Below, one piece after another: positions 1-9,369 of a stretch of DNA of 64,000 nt; position 1 is the first letter of the stretch, and each line of letters begins with the position of its first letter. Source of the DNA: Bacillota bacterium (GTDB taxonomy: Bacteria; Bacillota; Bacilli; Bacillales; Amphibacillaceae); assembly GCA_035301345.1 (NCBI GenBank), contig DATGUM010000037.1, positions 21,289-85,288 on the forward strand, given 5' to 3'. The notes under the pieces are model-generated. The model was not told where the DNA came from, ran no database searches, and worked only from the letters and a program-made list of their open reading frames with translations. The position numbers and the translations under genes are program-made.

Positions 1-2205
1 AAGCCCTGAAGATTGCTGTAAAGTTTGCTTCTCTACTAAGTTATCTTCTAATTCAGAAATTGTGTCGTCGAGAGTTACTAACTCTTTCTCACGTTCAGCA
101 ATCGTTTGAGCAAATTCAGTCGCTCGCTTATCCATATCTTTTAGCTTTAATGTCATTTGTTTTAACTCATCATCACGCGTGAACAATGATTGATTCGTTT
201 GTTTTTTAGAACCTCCCGCCATTGTACCACCAGGGTTAACGACGTCTCCTTCAAGTGTAACAACCCTATGTCGTCTACCAGTTAATTGAGCAATTTCATT
301 TGCGTCCTTTAATGTTCTCGCAACGATGACGTGGCCCATTAAATGCTCAACAACTTTACGATACGTTTCATCAATCGCCACGAGATTAGAAGCTATACCA
401 ATAAAACCAGCATGGTTCTCTACTTTTTCTTTGATTGATTGTTGTAAATACCTTGGTTGAATCGACTGTAGTGGTAAAAATGTCGCTCGTCCTTTTTTAT
501 TTCGCTTAAGCCACTCGATAGCATTTCTTGCTGAAGCATCATCTTCTGTAACGATAAACTGTGATTGGCCACCTAAAACAGTCTCTATTGCCAATATATG
601 TTGCTTCGGAACGTCAATCAGCTCGACAACTGCACCATAAATATGTGATAATTCCTTCTGTTTACGTGCTTGCAACACGGCTTTAACTCCAAAGTAAAAC
701 CCTTGAAAATCGTCTTTCATTTCTTGTAAAAGTTCTTGCCGTGAACGGAATTTAGCAATTTGCTGATGACCGACTGACAGCTTTTCGCGATCATTTTGTA
801 TATCTTTAATATGTTCGTTTCTCTTCTGTTTACTTTCGCTTAATTGTTCATTCATTAATTCAAATGAATGATTTATTTCTTCTTCTTGTTCAGTTAGTAA
901 CTTTACTTCTCTCTCGAGCACTTGCTTTTCTTCAATAAGAGTAGAAAACTTTTTAGTCTTATTGTCACTCACATGTTGAAATTGTTGTAACTGATTATTA
1001 ATTGATTGTTTCTCATTCCGATAAGCTGCTTGTTCATTTAAAACCTCAATATAATCAGCTTTTAAATGTTCAATCTTTTCTGCCATATCATCTGTTTCTG
1101 ATGTTAATTTATATGTTAAATCACTTGCTGTCTGCTTTAATTCATCTCTTTGCTTCTGAATATCGTTCGTATCATTTGTTTGTCTCTCAATTGACGCATT
1201 TATGTCCAATATTTTCTTCGTTAAGACTTCTTTACGCGCTAATAATTTCTCCTTATTTTCTTGCACGTGAGTCGTCCGTTCAATATGAACATTTTTCTCC
1301 CCTTCGAGTTGCTCAAGTTGTTTTGTAGCAGACAATAATTCATCTTGCAATTCTTCAATTGTTTCATCCGTTTGTTGTAACTGTTTGCGCTTTTCTTTTA
1401 AATCATCTGCTAATTCATTAATCTCTTCACCAGCTTTTCGTTCAGCTAGCTTTTCATTATCTATCTCTTTTAGTAACGTTTGCCATTGTTGATAAAATGA
1501 ATCAATTTGGGTAATCGATGTTGCAATCTCTTTTTCTTTTAACTCATTTTTCTTTTCTAAATACGTTTTTGCTATTTGTGCCTGATCTCGTAAAGGGTCA
1601 ATTTGTTGTTCAATTTCATAAACGATATCATTCACACGATTCATATTTTCTTCTGTTTCAATCAGTTTAAATTCAGCTTTTCTTTTTCTTTGTTTATATT
1701 TCAAAACACCTGCAGCTTCTTCAAAAATAACACGGCGTTCTTCTGCTTTAGAGCTTAAAATCTCTTCGACTCGTCCTTGACTAATGATTGAGAAAGCTTC
1801 TCTCCCTAGTCCAGAATCCATAAATAAATCGATAATGTCTTTCAAACGACATGGCTGTTTATTAATATAAAACTCGCTAACACCTGAGCGAAACACGCGA
1901 CGTGTAATGCTTACTTCTTCATAATCTACTGGGAGTAAGTTACTTTTATTATCAAGGACTAAAACGACTTCAGCTACATTTAAAGCCCCTCGCGTATCGC
2001 TTCCTTGGAAAATGATGTCTTCCATTTTTGAACCTCTTAATGAGCGGGCAGACTGCTCCCCTAAAACCCAACGAATAGCGTCTGTAATATTACTTTTACC
2101 ACTTCCGTTCGGTCCAACAACTGCCGTGACACCACGGACAAAGTCAATATTTATTCTTTCTGCAAACGATTTAAAGCCACGACTTTCCAGTCTTTTTAAA
2201 TACAT
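1..2205 (-). CDS. smc: Chromosome segregation protein SMC, 5' part (runs off window start)
   Basis: Not in the ORF track. Manual minus-strand translation from ATG 2205 gives MYLKRLESRGFKSFA...VVGPNGSGKSNITDAIRWVLGEQSARSLRGSKMEDIIF (Walker A), coiled coil, and hinge motif GRATFLPL; GGAG RBS upstream. Confidence 0.97.
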   Translation of the reverse strand, partial: MYLKRLESRGFKSFAERINIDFVRGVTAVVGPNGSGKSNITDAIRWVLGEQSARSLRGSKMEDIIFQGSDTRGALNVAEVVLVLDNKSNLLPVDYEEVSITRRVFRSGVSEFYINKQPCRLKDIIDLFMDSGLGREAFSIISQGRVEEILSSKAEERRVIFEEAAGVLKYKQRKRKAEFKLIETEENMNRVNDIVYEIEQQIDPLRDQAQIAKTYLEKKNELKEKEIATSITQIDSFYQQWQTLLKEIDNEKLAERKAGEEINELADDLKEKRKQLQQTDETIEELQDELLSATKQLEQLEGEKNVHIERTTHVQENKEKLLARKEVLTKKILDINASIERQTNDTNDIQKQRDELKQTASDLTYKLTSETDDMAEKIEHLKADYIEVLNEQAAYRNEKQSINNQLQQFQHVSDNKTKKFSTLIEEKQVLEREVKLLTEQEEEINHSFELMNEQLSESKQKRNEHIKDIQNDREKLSVGHQQIAKFRSRQELLQEMKDDFQGFYFGVKAVLQARKQKELSHIYGAVVELIDVPKQHILAIETVLGGQSQFIVTEDDASARNAIEWLKRNKKGRATFLPLQSIQPRYLQQSIKEKVENHAGFIGIASNLVAIDETYRKVVEHLMGHVIVARTLKDANEIAQLTGRRHRVVTLEGDVVNPGGTMAGGSKKQTNQSLFTRDDELKQMTLKLKDMDKRATEFAQTIAEREKELVTLDDTISELEDNLVEKQTLQQSSGL

Positions 2206-2339
2206 ATTCATACTCCCAATCCAAAAATTAAACAATCGCCGATTATTTATTGACAGTTTACTTAAAAGTTTGTTAGTTTAAAATGAACTGAATGACAGAA
2301 GTAATTTTCATTACTTTAATAAAACATAGAGGTGAAAAA

Positions 2340-2564
2340 ATGAATCTTGAAACACCATCTGAAGAAAATATGCAACATTTATTAAATAAACTCGCCGATA
2401 TCATGAGTGTCGCTAATCAAAGTTTGTTTGATATAAAGCATTACGACATAAGTAAGTACGACTATTTAAAACAATTGCACGATATAGTCGTTCAAAAACA
2501 AAAACTTACGATGTCAGAGACAGAAGCTTTTATTGACGAATTACGTTCTATCCGAAAGCAATAA
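2340..2564 (+). CDS. DUF1128/UPF0435 (YfkK-like) small protein
   Basis: GAGGTG RBS before ATG 2340; MNLETPSEENM...MSETEAFIDELRSIRK resembles DUF1128. Confidence 0.75.
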   Translation: MNLETPSEENMQHLLNKLADIMSVANQSLFDIKHYDISKYDYLKQLHDIVVQKQKLTMSETEAFIDELRSIRKQ

Positions 2565-2568
2565 AGGG

Positions 2569-2612
2569 AAAAAAGAGGGTTTGTTATTTTGTTCTAACAG
2601 ATCCTCTTTTTT
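2569..2612. terminator. Bidirectional intrinsic terminator between DUF1128 gene and rnc
   Basis: AAAAAGAGGGTTTGTTA...TAACAGATCCTCTTTTT hairpin with A/T tracts on both sides, between convergent genes. Confidence 0.8.
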
Positions 2613-3291
2613 ATTTATTAAATACGTCTAATGCTTTTTTAGCTGCTCGCTGTTCCGCTTCTTTCTTCGTTTTACCTATCCCTTCAGAAAACGTTTCCTG
2701 ATCAATAGTCACTTGAGCAACAAACTCTTTATTGTGTGAAGGTCCACGCTCTTCGATAATGTCATAACGAATAGCGATCCCTTTATTTTGTTGAACAAGC
2801 TCTTGTAATTCACTTTTATAATCCATCGCATGCGAAAAAGCACCGGAAATAATTTTAGGGTAAACATGTTGTTCTAGAAACTGTACAGTGCGGTCATACC
2901 CTTGATCTAAAAAGAATGCACCTAAAAAAGATTCAAACACATCAGCTAAAATCGAAGGGCGCATTCTACCACCTGTCTGCTCCTCACCTTTACCTAAGCG
3001 TAAATAGTCTCCTAACTCAAGCTGCTCAGCAAAATGTGCGAGTGAAGCTTCACAAACGATTGTAGCACGTAATTTAGTCATTTCTCCTTCAACCATCGAT
3101 GGGTGCTTTCTGTATAAATACTGTGAAACACCTAATTCTAAAACAGCATCTCCTAAAAATTCTAATCGTTCATTATCTACCAAATGTTTCCGATGCTCAT
3201 TCACATATGATGAATGTGTAAATGCTTGCTCGTATAATTTTTTGTTCGCAAACTCGACGCGTAACTTCTTCTCAAGTTCATTGATGTTCAA
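2611..3291 (-). CDS. rnc: Ribonuclease III
   Basis: [12 protein letters not shown] signature and C-terminal dsRBD (DYKSELQE...AEQRAA). Start set at TTG 3291 behind a GAGGTG RBS. Confidence 0.97.
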   Translation of the reverse strand: MNINELEKKLRVEFANKKLYEQAFTHSSYVNEHRKHLVDNERLEFLGDAVLELGVSQYLYRKHPSMVEGEMTKLRATIVCEASLAHFAEQLELGDYLRLGKGEEQTGGRMRPSILADVFESFLGAFFLDQGYDRTVQFLEQHVYPKIISGAFSHAMDYKSELQELVQQNKGIAIRYDIIEERGPSHNKEFVAQVTIDQETFSEGIGKTKKEAEQRAAKKALDVFNK

Positions 3292-3320
3292 CCGTGACAC
3301 CTCAATTTGTTTACCTATGG

Positions 3321-3517
3321 TGAAGAAGCTGGGACAAAGGCAATTATAAATACTAAGAACACGAACAATTAATAGAATAAAATCGTTTCAGAAATGTGCT
3401 GCGCTTGCCCACGAAGAATTGAATTGCATGCTTCGTCAGTTTCCAGACATTTCTTTCACTTTAAATATCTATCGTTCGTGTTCTTACTAGAATTCTTTGA
3501 GTTGTTCAGCCTCTTCA
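3321..3517. repeat. ~197-bp nested inverted-repeat element (MITE-like) upstream of rnc
   Basis: Nested arms: TGAAGAAGCTGGGACAA/TTGTTCAGCCTCTTCA, TAAGAACACGAAC/GTTCGTGTTCTTA, AGAAATGT/ACATTTCT. The core 3382-3461 matches 24358-24532 in reverse orientation. Confidence 0.8.
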
Positions 3518-3534
3518 AGATAGTATTTCATTTA

Positions 3535-3543
3535 ATTATACCA
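3535..3543 (-). promoter_or_regulatory. Extended -10 sigma-A promoter upstream of the repeat and rnc
   Basis: TGGTATAAT (TGn-TATAAT) on the minus strand just downstream of the acpP stop. Confidence 0.6.
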
Positions 3544-3570
3544 TTAATTTAACTTTTTAACTGAATTAAA

Positions 3571-3804
3571 TTACGCTTGAGAATTTATGTACTCTACTGC
3601 ATCACCTACAGTACTAATTTTCTCAGCTTCTTCATCAGCAATTTCCATATCAAACTCATCTTCAAGCTCCATAACTAATTCAACAACATCTAATGAATCA
3701 GCATCTAAATCATCAGCAAATGAAGCTTCTAAAGTTACTTGTTCTTCTTCAACATCTAATTGATCAACGATAATATCTTTTACTCTTTCAAACACGTCTG
3801 CCAC
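3571..3804 (-). CDS. acpP: Acyl carrier protein
   Basis: [12 protein letters not shown] phosphopantetheine motif; follows fabG. Confidence 0.97.
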   Translation of the reverse strand: MADVFERVKDIIVDQLDVEEEQVTLEASFADDLDADSLDVVELVMELEDEFDMEIADEEAEKISTVGDAVEYINSQA

Positions 3805-3880
3805 TTTCCTTCACCCCCTTCTAAACAATTAAAATAGTAACAAATGTTACTCTATTAATCTAGCCTTTTGAAGATGTTTA

Positions 3881-4624
3881 TTACATAACCATACCACCAT
3901 CAATATGAAGGGTTTGTCCTGTCATGTAATCACTATCTGATGACGCTAAAAACTTAACGACATTTGCTACATCTTCAGGACTACCTAATTTAGCAAGTGG
4001 TATCATATTTAAAATACTCTCTTGTTGTTCATCTGTTAGTTTATCAGTCATATCCGTTGAAATAAACCCTGGTGCAATCGCATTGACTAAAATATTTCGA
4101 GAGGCAAGTTCCAGAGCTGTCGATTTCGTCATACCGATCACACCAGCTTTAGCTGCAACATAATTAGCCTGACCTGGATTACCACTCACACCAACAATTG
4201 ATGCGACATTTATTATTTTCCCGCTGCGCTGTTTCATCATTGGTCGCGTCACTGCTTTTGTACATAAGAAGACACCTTTTAAATTAATATCAATAACATC
4301 ATCAAAATCTTTTTCTTTCATTCGCATGAGTAAGTTATCTCGCGTAATTCCTGCGTTATTAACGAGAATATCAATTGAACCAAACGTTTTTACGACGTCT
4401 TTTACCATCGTCTTTACTTCATCTTCATTTGCAACGTTTGCTTGAATTTTAAAAGATTCAACGCCTAATTCTTTTAATTCTTTAACGACAGATTGTGCCT
4501 TTTCAGTGTTACCAGCAAAGTTAATAGCAACATTTGCCCCTTGTTTTGCTAAAGTGATAGCGATCGCGCGACCAATACCACGCGAAGCACCTGTAACGAG
4601 TACATTTTTACCTTTTAACATCAT
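3881..4624 (-). CDS. fabG: 3-oxoacyl-ACP reductase
   Basis: [16 protein letters not shown], YxxxK (YVAAK) SDR motifs; fab operon context. Confidence 0.96.
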   Translation of the reverse strand: MMLKGKNVLVTGASRGIGRAIAITLAKQGANVAINFAGNTEKAQSVVKELKELGVESFKIQANVANEDEVKTMVKDVVKTFGSIDILVNNAGITRDNLLMRMKEKDFDDVIDINLKGVFLCTKAVTRPMMKQRSGKIINVASIVGVSGNPGQANYVAAKAGVIGMTKSTALELASRNILVNAIAPGFISTDMTDKLTDEQQESILNMIPLAKLGSPEDVANVVKFLASSDSDYMTGQTLHIDGGMVM

Positions 4625-4625
4625 T

Positions 4626-5561
4626 TCACTCCTTATACCATTGTAAAAACTTATTTAACGATTTTTCATCTTGAATGGAAAACGTCTTTACTTGTCGATC
4701 TATTTTTCTAAGTAAACCGCATAAAACTTTACCATTTCCCACTTCTACAAACGCATCAATATCTGACGCAAGCATATTGTTAATCGACTCTTCAAAGCGT
4801 ACAGGTGATGACAATTGTTCAACTAAGCGTTGCTTTATCTCTTTGCTCGTCGTCATAGGACTCGCTGTAACATTCGCATAAACTGGAATAGATGCATCAT
4901 TAATTGTTATTTGTTCCAATGCTTCTGCAAATGTTTCGTTTGCATTTTCCATTAAACGTGAATGAAATGGACCACTAACATTTAACGGAACGACGCGTCT
5001 AGCTCCTGCTTCTTTTAATGGCTCCTCCGCTTGTTCTAGTGCAGATTTTTCACCTGACAGAACAATTTGTCCTGGGCAATTTAAGTTTGCTAAATCAACG
5101 ACTTGATCGTTTGCTAAAGTTGATAGCACATCTTCAATCGTTTCTTTTTCTAAACCGAGAACAGCAGTCATCGATCCCTTGCCTTTCGGAAAAGCTTCTT
5201 CCATTAAACGTCCTCGCTTAGCTACGAGTGGCAATGCGTCTTCAATGCTCAAGGCACCTGCAGCGACGAGTGCACTATATTCCCCTAGACTATGTCCAAC
5301 AGCCATTACTGGATGAATGTCATGTGAAGCTAACAATTCAAAAGTTGCAATACTAGAGAGTAATAAAGCTGGTTGTGCATTTTCGGTTGCAGTTAAAGAT
5401 TCTTCAGGTCCATTAAACATTAAGTCTGTAATATCTTTATTTAACCAATCGTTCGCTTGATTATATAACGTTTCTACATGTTCATACGTTTCATAAAATT
5501 CTTTTCCCATACCAATTGTTTGTGATCCTTGGCCTGGAAACATAAATGCTATTTTTTTCAT
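4626..5561 (-). CDS. fabD: Malonyl-CoA:ACP transacylase
   Basis: FPGQGSQ, GHSLGE, SGPFHS motifs. Confidence 0.97.
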   Translation of the reverse strand: MKKIAFMFPGQGSQTIGMGKEFYETYEHVETLYNQANDWLNKDITDLMFNGPEESLTATENAQPALLLSSIATFELLASHDIHPVMAVGHSLGEYSALVAAGALSIEDALPLVAKRGRLMEEAFPKGKGSMTAVLGLEKETIEDVLSTLANDQVVDLANLNCPGQIVLSGEKSALEQAEEPLKEAGARRVVPLNVSGPFHSRLMENANETFAEALEQITINDASIPVYANVTASPMTTSKEIKQRLVEQLSSPVRFEESINNMLASDIDAFVEVGNGKVLCGLLRKIDRQVKTFSIQDEKSLNKFLQWYKE

Positions 5562-6565
5562 TCGTCGTTCTCCTTTTTGTCATCCATCGACTCCAGCGCT
5601 TGTTTAATCGTTGAAGCAACATTATTTTGTACCATGTGATGCGCTTGTCTAATCGCATTATAAATGGCACGTCCGTTCGATGATCCATGTGCTTTAATGA
5701 CTGGTGCTGCTAAACCGAATAAACCAGCTCCGCCATATTCCGAATAATCGAGTTTATTGCTCAACACTTTTAAATCACTTTTTACTAATCCCGCGGCTAA
5801 TTTTGTCTTCATATTCGACATAAATGTTTCTTTAAGTAATGAAAAAACAGTCATTGCCGTTCCTTCAATTGTTTTTAAAGCAATATTTCCACTGAATCCA
5901 TCGGTCACAACAACATCTGCGACACCTTCCAATAAATCTCTCGCTTCGACATTACCAATAAAGTTTATCGGGGCCTCTTCTAACAAAGTAAACGATTTTT
6001 TAGCTAAATCATTTCCTTTACCATCTTCTGTCCCAACATTTAATAAACCAACTTTAGGTTGATTAATCCCACGGACCTTTTCTGAATAAACAGAGCCCAT
6101 CACTGCATATTGCATGAGGTGGTTTGGTGAAGCGTCAACATTTGCTCCGACATCTAGTAGAACAAAGCCTTTACCGTCTTTCGTAGGTAGCGTCGGGCTT
6201 AATGCCGGGCGAGCGACTCCTTTTATTCGTCCGACGACGAATAATCCCGCACTCATAAGCGCTCCTGTATTCCCTGCAGATATACACGCATCTGCTCGTT
6301 CTTCTTTCACTTCTTGGGCAGCTAAAACGAGTGAAGCATTTTTCTTTCTTCTAACGGCCCGAACAGGTTCATCATCAGCAGTAATAACTTCTTCTGTATG
6401 AATAATCGTTATGTTCGTATCATCCGTTAAGAAATTATTAATTTTACTTTCATCCCCGACTAAAACAATCTCAATATCTTTAAGTTGTTTCACTGCTTCC
6501 ATTGCTCCACTTACAACTGCTTCAGGTGCATGGTCACCACCCATGGCATCAATTGCTATCTTCAT
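5558..6565 (-). CDS. plsX: Phosphate acyltransferase PlsX
   Basis: [25 protein letters not shown] motifs. Confidence 0.97.
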   Translation of the reverse strand: MKIAIDAMGGDHAPEAVVSGAMEAVKQLKDIEIVLVGDESKINNFLTDDTNITIIHTEEVITADDEPVRAVRRKKNASLVLAAQEVKEERADACISAGNTGALMSAGLFVVGRIKGVARPALSPTLPTKDGKGFVLLDVGANVDASPNHLMQYAVMGSVYSEKVRGINQPKVGLLNVGTEDGKGNDLAKKSFTLLEEAPINFIGNVEARDLLEGVADVVVTDGFSGNIALKTIEGTAMTVFSLLKETFMSNMKTKLAAGLVKSDLKVLSNKLDYSEYGGAGLFGLAAPVIKAHGSSNGRAIYNAIRQAHHMVQNNVASTIKQALESMDDKKENDE

Positions 6566-7142
6566 TCATCTGTTCTCCTTTTGTTTCAGTTGAACGATAC
6601 ATATGAAATGTACCGTTAAATACTAATTCTTGTTCCACGTAACTTTCGACACGTACAACCGTTAATCCTTGTTTTTTCTTCTCAATGACACTTGCTTTTG
6701 CTATGACACGTTCATTTAACTTCACTTGTCGAATAAACTTTATTTCCGACTTTGCCGTTAAAGCAAGCTCATCGTTAATTACCGCTACAGCTAACGAATT
6801 TGCTTGAGCAAACAGGTGATGTCCTCGCGCTATTTTATTACGCGAAAAAATATGATCATTCGTTATTTCTAAAATTGAAATAGCTCGTTTATCAAGCTCA
6901 ATATCAATAATTTCACCAATAACTTCCTCGATCGGTAATGATTTAACAGTTTCATTCCACTGATTCGTTGCTACATATTTAATTCGTTTCCGTAATTCTG
7001 GGATTGAGAGCTCCATACGATCTAACCGAATCGTCTGTATGCTAACAGAAAATTTTTTCGCTAACGCTTTATCTGTAATAAATGGAGTTTCTTCAATCGT
7101 CTCCACTAATAATTTTTGTCGTTCCGATTTCGTTCGTTTCAT
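6549..7142 (-). CDS. fapR: Fatty acid biosynthesis repressor FapR
   Basis: HTH ([10 protein letters not shown]) plus hotdog domain ([17 protein letters not shown]). Confidence 0.96.
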   Translation of the reverse strand: MKRTKSERQKLLVETIEETPFITDKALAKKFSVSIQTIRLDRMELSIPELRKRIKYVATNQWNETVKSLPIEEVIGEIIDIELDKRAISILEITNDHIFSRNKIARGHHLFAQANSLAVAVINDELALTAKSEIKFIRQVKLNERVIAKASVIEKKKQGLTVVRVESYVEQELVFNGTFHMYRSTETKGEQMNEDSN

Positions 7143-7171
7143 CGATTAGGCACCGTCCATTTTCATATAGT

Positions 7172-7222
7172 TTATGACTAGGTCCTAACAGTTAATATAT
7201 ATTACCTTTTTTCTTTATGCAA
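7172..7222 (-). promoter_or_regulatory. fapR operon sigma-A promoter with adjacent FapR operator
   Basis: TTGCAT-17-TATATT (7222-7194) followed by the 17-bp imperfect palindrome TTAGGACCTAGTCATAA (7188-7172), which resembles FapR operators. Confidence 0.75.
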
Positions 7223-7246
7223 GTATTCGATTAATTAATGCAATAA

Positions 7247-9280
7247 TTAATCAAGTGTATTGTCTGTCGTTAATTCTCGCGCTAACATTTGCTTCAATTG
7301 TTCATAGTGAACGTCTTTATTCAAACGATCTTCTGAAATAATTTGTTGAGCATCTTTTCGTGCAACTTCTAAAGCTTTAAAATCCCTTATCATATCTGCT
7401 ACTTTAAATTCTGGTAAACCACTCTGCTTCCTGCCAAAAAAATCTCCTGGTCCACGCAGCTGTAAATCGTGCTCGGCAAGTTCAAAACCATCATTTGTTT
7501 CTGTCATTATTTTCATTCGTTCTTTACCTGTTTCACCTTTAGGATCAGCGATTAATATACAATAACTTTGCTTCGCTCCACGCCCCACTCTCCCGCGCAA
7601 TTGATGGAGTTGTGATAACCCAAAGCGTTGTGCATCATATATGACCATGACTGTTGCATTTGGTACGTTAACACCCACTTCAACAACTGTCGTTGAAACG
7701 AGTACATCTATTTTATTTTCACTAAAATCATTCATCACTTCATCTTTTTCTTCCGTCGATAATCGACCATGCATCAGACCAACACGTGTACTTGACGGAT
7801 AAAAAGCAGTAAGGCGTTCATATATATCTACTGCATTTGATATGTCTAACACATCAGATTCCTCGATTAATGGGCAAATAACATATGCTTGTTCCCCATT
7901 ATTAACACGCTTTTGAATAAACGTTAAAATTCTTTCAAACATGTTTTCTTTTACCCAGTAAGTTTCAATTAACTTCCTTCCTGAAGGTAGTTCATCAATC
8001 GATGAAACATCCATATCACCAAAAGCTGTTATCGCTAATGTTCGAGGAATCGGTGTCGCTGTCATAAACAACACATCTGGATCAAGTCCTTTTTCTCTTA
8101 ACTTTCTACGCTGCTCGACACCAAATCTATGCTGTTCATCAACGATAACAAGACCAAGGTCATGAAAAAAGACATCTTCTTGAATAAGTGCGTGTGTGCC
8201 AACAACAATGTCATAAATACCTTCTCTTATATCAACTAATAGTTGATCACGTTCACTTTTTTTCAGTGAACCAGTTAATAAGCAAATGTTCGCTCGAGTT
8301 TGAAATAGTTGCTTTAAGGACTCTACATGTTGTTCCGCCAATATTTCAGTCGGAACCATCAGTGCTCCTTGTTTATTTGCTGTAAGCGTCGCATATAAAC
8401 TAATGGCAGCAACTGCTGTTTTCCCTGAGCCTACGTCCCCTTGTAACAGCCGATTCATTCGTAAAGGTGAAGACATATCTGCTAGTATCTCATGTAAAGA
8501 ACGCTGTTGCGCATTCGTCAGAGTGAATGGGAATGACTGTGTAAATTGTTCGACTTTTTGTTGGTCAAAGGACTGACTCGCTCCGCCTTCTTTTTTCTTT
8601 TCTTCTCTTTTCAGTAGTTGAACTTTTAATTGAAACATTAAAAATTCTTCGTAAATCATCCGTCTTCTGGCATGTTTTAATGAATGTTTATCTTTTGGCA
8701 TATGTAAGTTTACAATCGCATCATATAAGGGAGGGAGCTTATATTCCGACAAGTACGTCGTTGGTAAAAAATCTTTTATTTCATGCTTATATTTATTTAT
8801 CGCTTGTTTCGTTAGTTGTCTAAGTCTTTGATTAGTCACTTTTCCTTTTAGAGGATAAAAAGATTGGATCGTGTCATTCTCACTCGGTTCACCGACTTTA
8901 TAAGTGTTCACTGTAATTTGCAGCCTAAATGCATCCCACTTACCTGTTAAGACGACTGGTTCATGCGATTTAATGTGCTTTTGTGCAAATGCACGATTAA
9001 ACATAACGGCACGAACAGCAACACCATCAATTTCAAGTGTAAATGAAAGTCTAGACTTCTTTCTTCCGTAAAATTGTACGACTGGGTCTGTTACGACAAC
9101 ACCACTTATCGTTACTTGATCGTCATGTATGAGTTCATTTAATGGTTTTTTTTCAAAAATGTCATAGCGCGATGGGAAATAATAAAGCAAATCATGAATG
9201 GTAAAAATATGTAATTGTGCAAGTTGTTCAGCTGACTTCTCACCGACGCCTTTTAAAGACGTTATTGCTTCTGTTAGCAT
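7247..9280 (-). CDS. recG: ATP-dependent DNA helicase RecG
   Basis: LLQGDVGSGKT, DEQHRFG, MTATPIPRTL, QLRGRVGRG motifs. Confidence 0.97.
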   Translation of the reverse strand: MLTEAITSLKGVGEKSAEQLAQLHIFTIHDLLYYFPSRYDIFEKKPLNELIHDDQVTISGVVVTDPVVQFYGRKKSRLSFTLEIDGVAVRAVMFNRAFAQKHIKSHEPVVLTGKWDAFRLQITVNTYKVGEPSENDTIQSFYPLKGKVTNQRLRQLTKQAINKYKHEIKDFLPTTYLSEYKLPPLYDAIVNLHMPKDKHSLKHARRRMIYEEFLMFQLKVQLLKREEKKKEGGASQSFDQQKVEQFTQSFPFTLTNAQQRSLHEILADMSSPLRMNRLLQGDVGSGKTAVAAISLYATLTANKQGALMVPTEILAEQHVESLKQLFQTRANICLLTGSLKKSERDQLLVDIREGIYDIVVGTHALIQEDVFFHDLGLVIVDEQHRFGVEQRRKLREKGLDPDVLFMTATPIPRTLAITAFGDMDVSSIDELPSGRKLIETYWVKENMFERILTFIQKRVNNGEQAYVICPLIEESDVLDISNAVDIYERLTAFYPSSTRVGLMHGRLSTEEKDEVMNDFSENKIDVLVSTTVVEVGVNVPNATVMVIYDAQRFGLSQLHQLRGRVGRGAKQSYCILIADPKGETGKERMKIMTETNDGFELAEHDLQLRGPGDFFGRKQSGLPEFKVADMIRDFKALEVARKDAQQIISEDRLNKDVHYEQLKQMLARELTTDNTLD

Positions 9281-9310
9281 GTCGTTTCACTCACCCTTTA
9301 TTACCCATTT

Positions 9311-9348
9311 AAAAAAGAAGAAGATGAATATTTTTCATCTTCTCTTTT
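9311..9348 (-). terminator. Intrinsic terminator after fakA
   Basis: GAAGATGAA/TTCATCTTC stem with a minus-strand U-tract. Confidence 0.6.
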
Positions 9349-9369
9349 ATCAACAATATATTTTTTTAG

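Noticed and set aside
1002-2281. Plus-strand ORFs 1002-1328 and 2012-2281
   Set aside because: Antisense shadows of smc; no RBS or family motifs.
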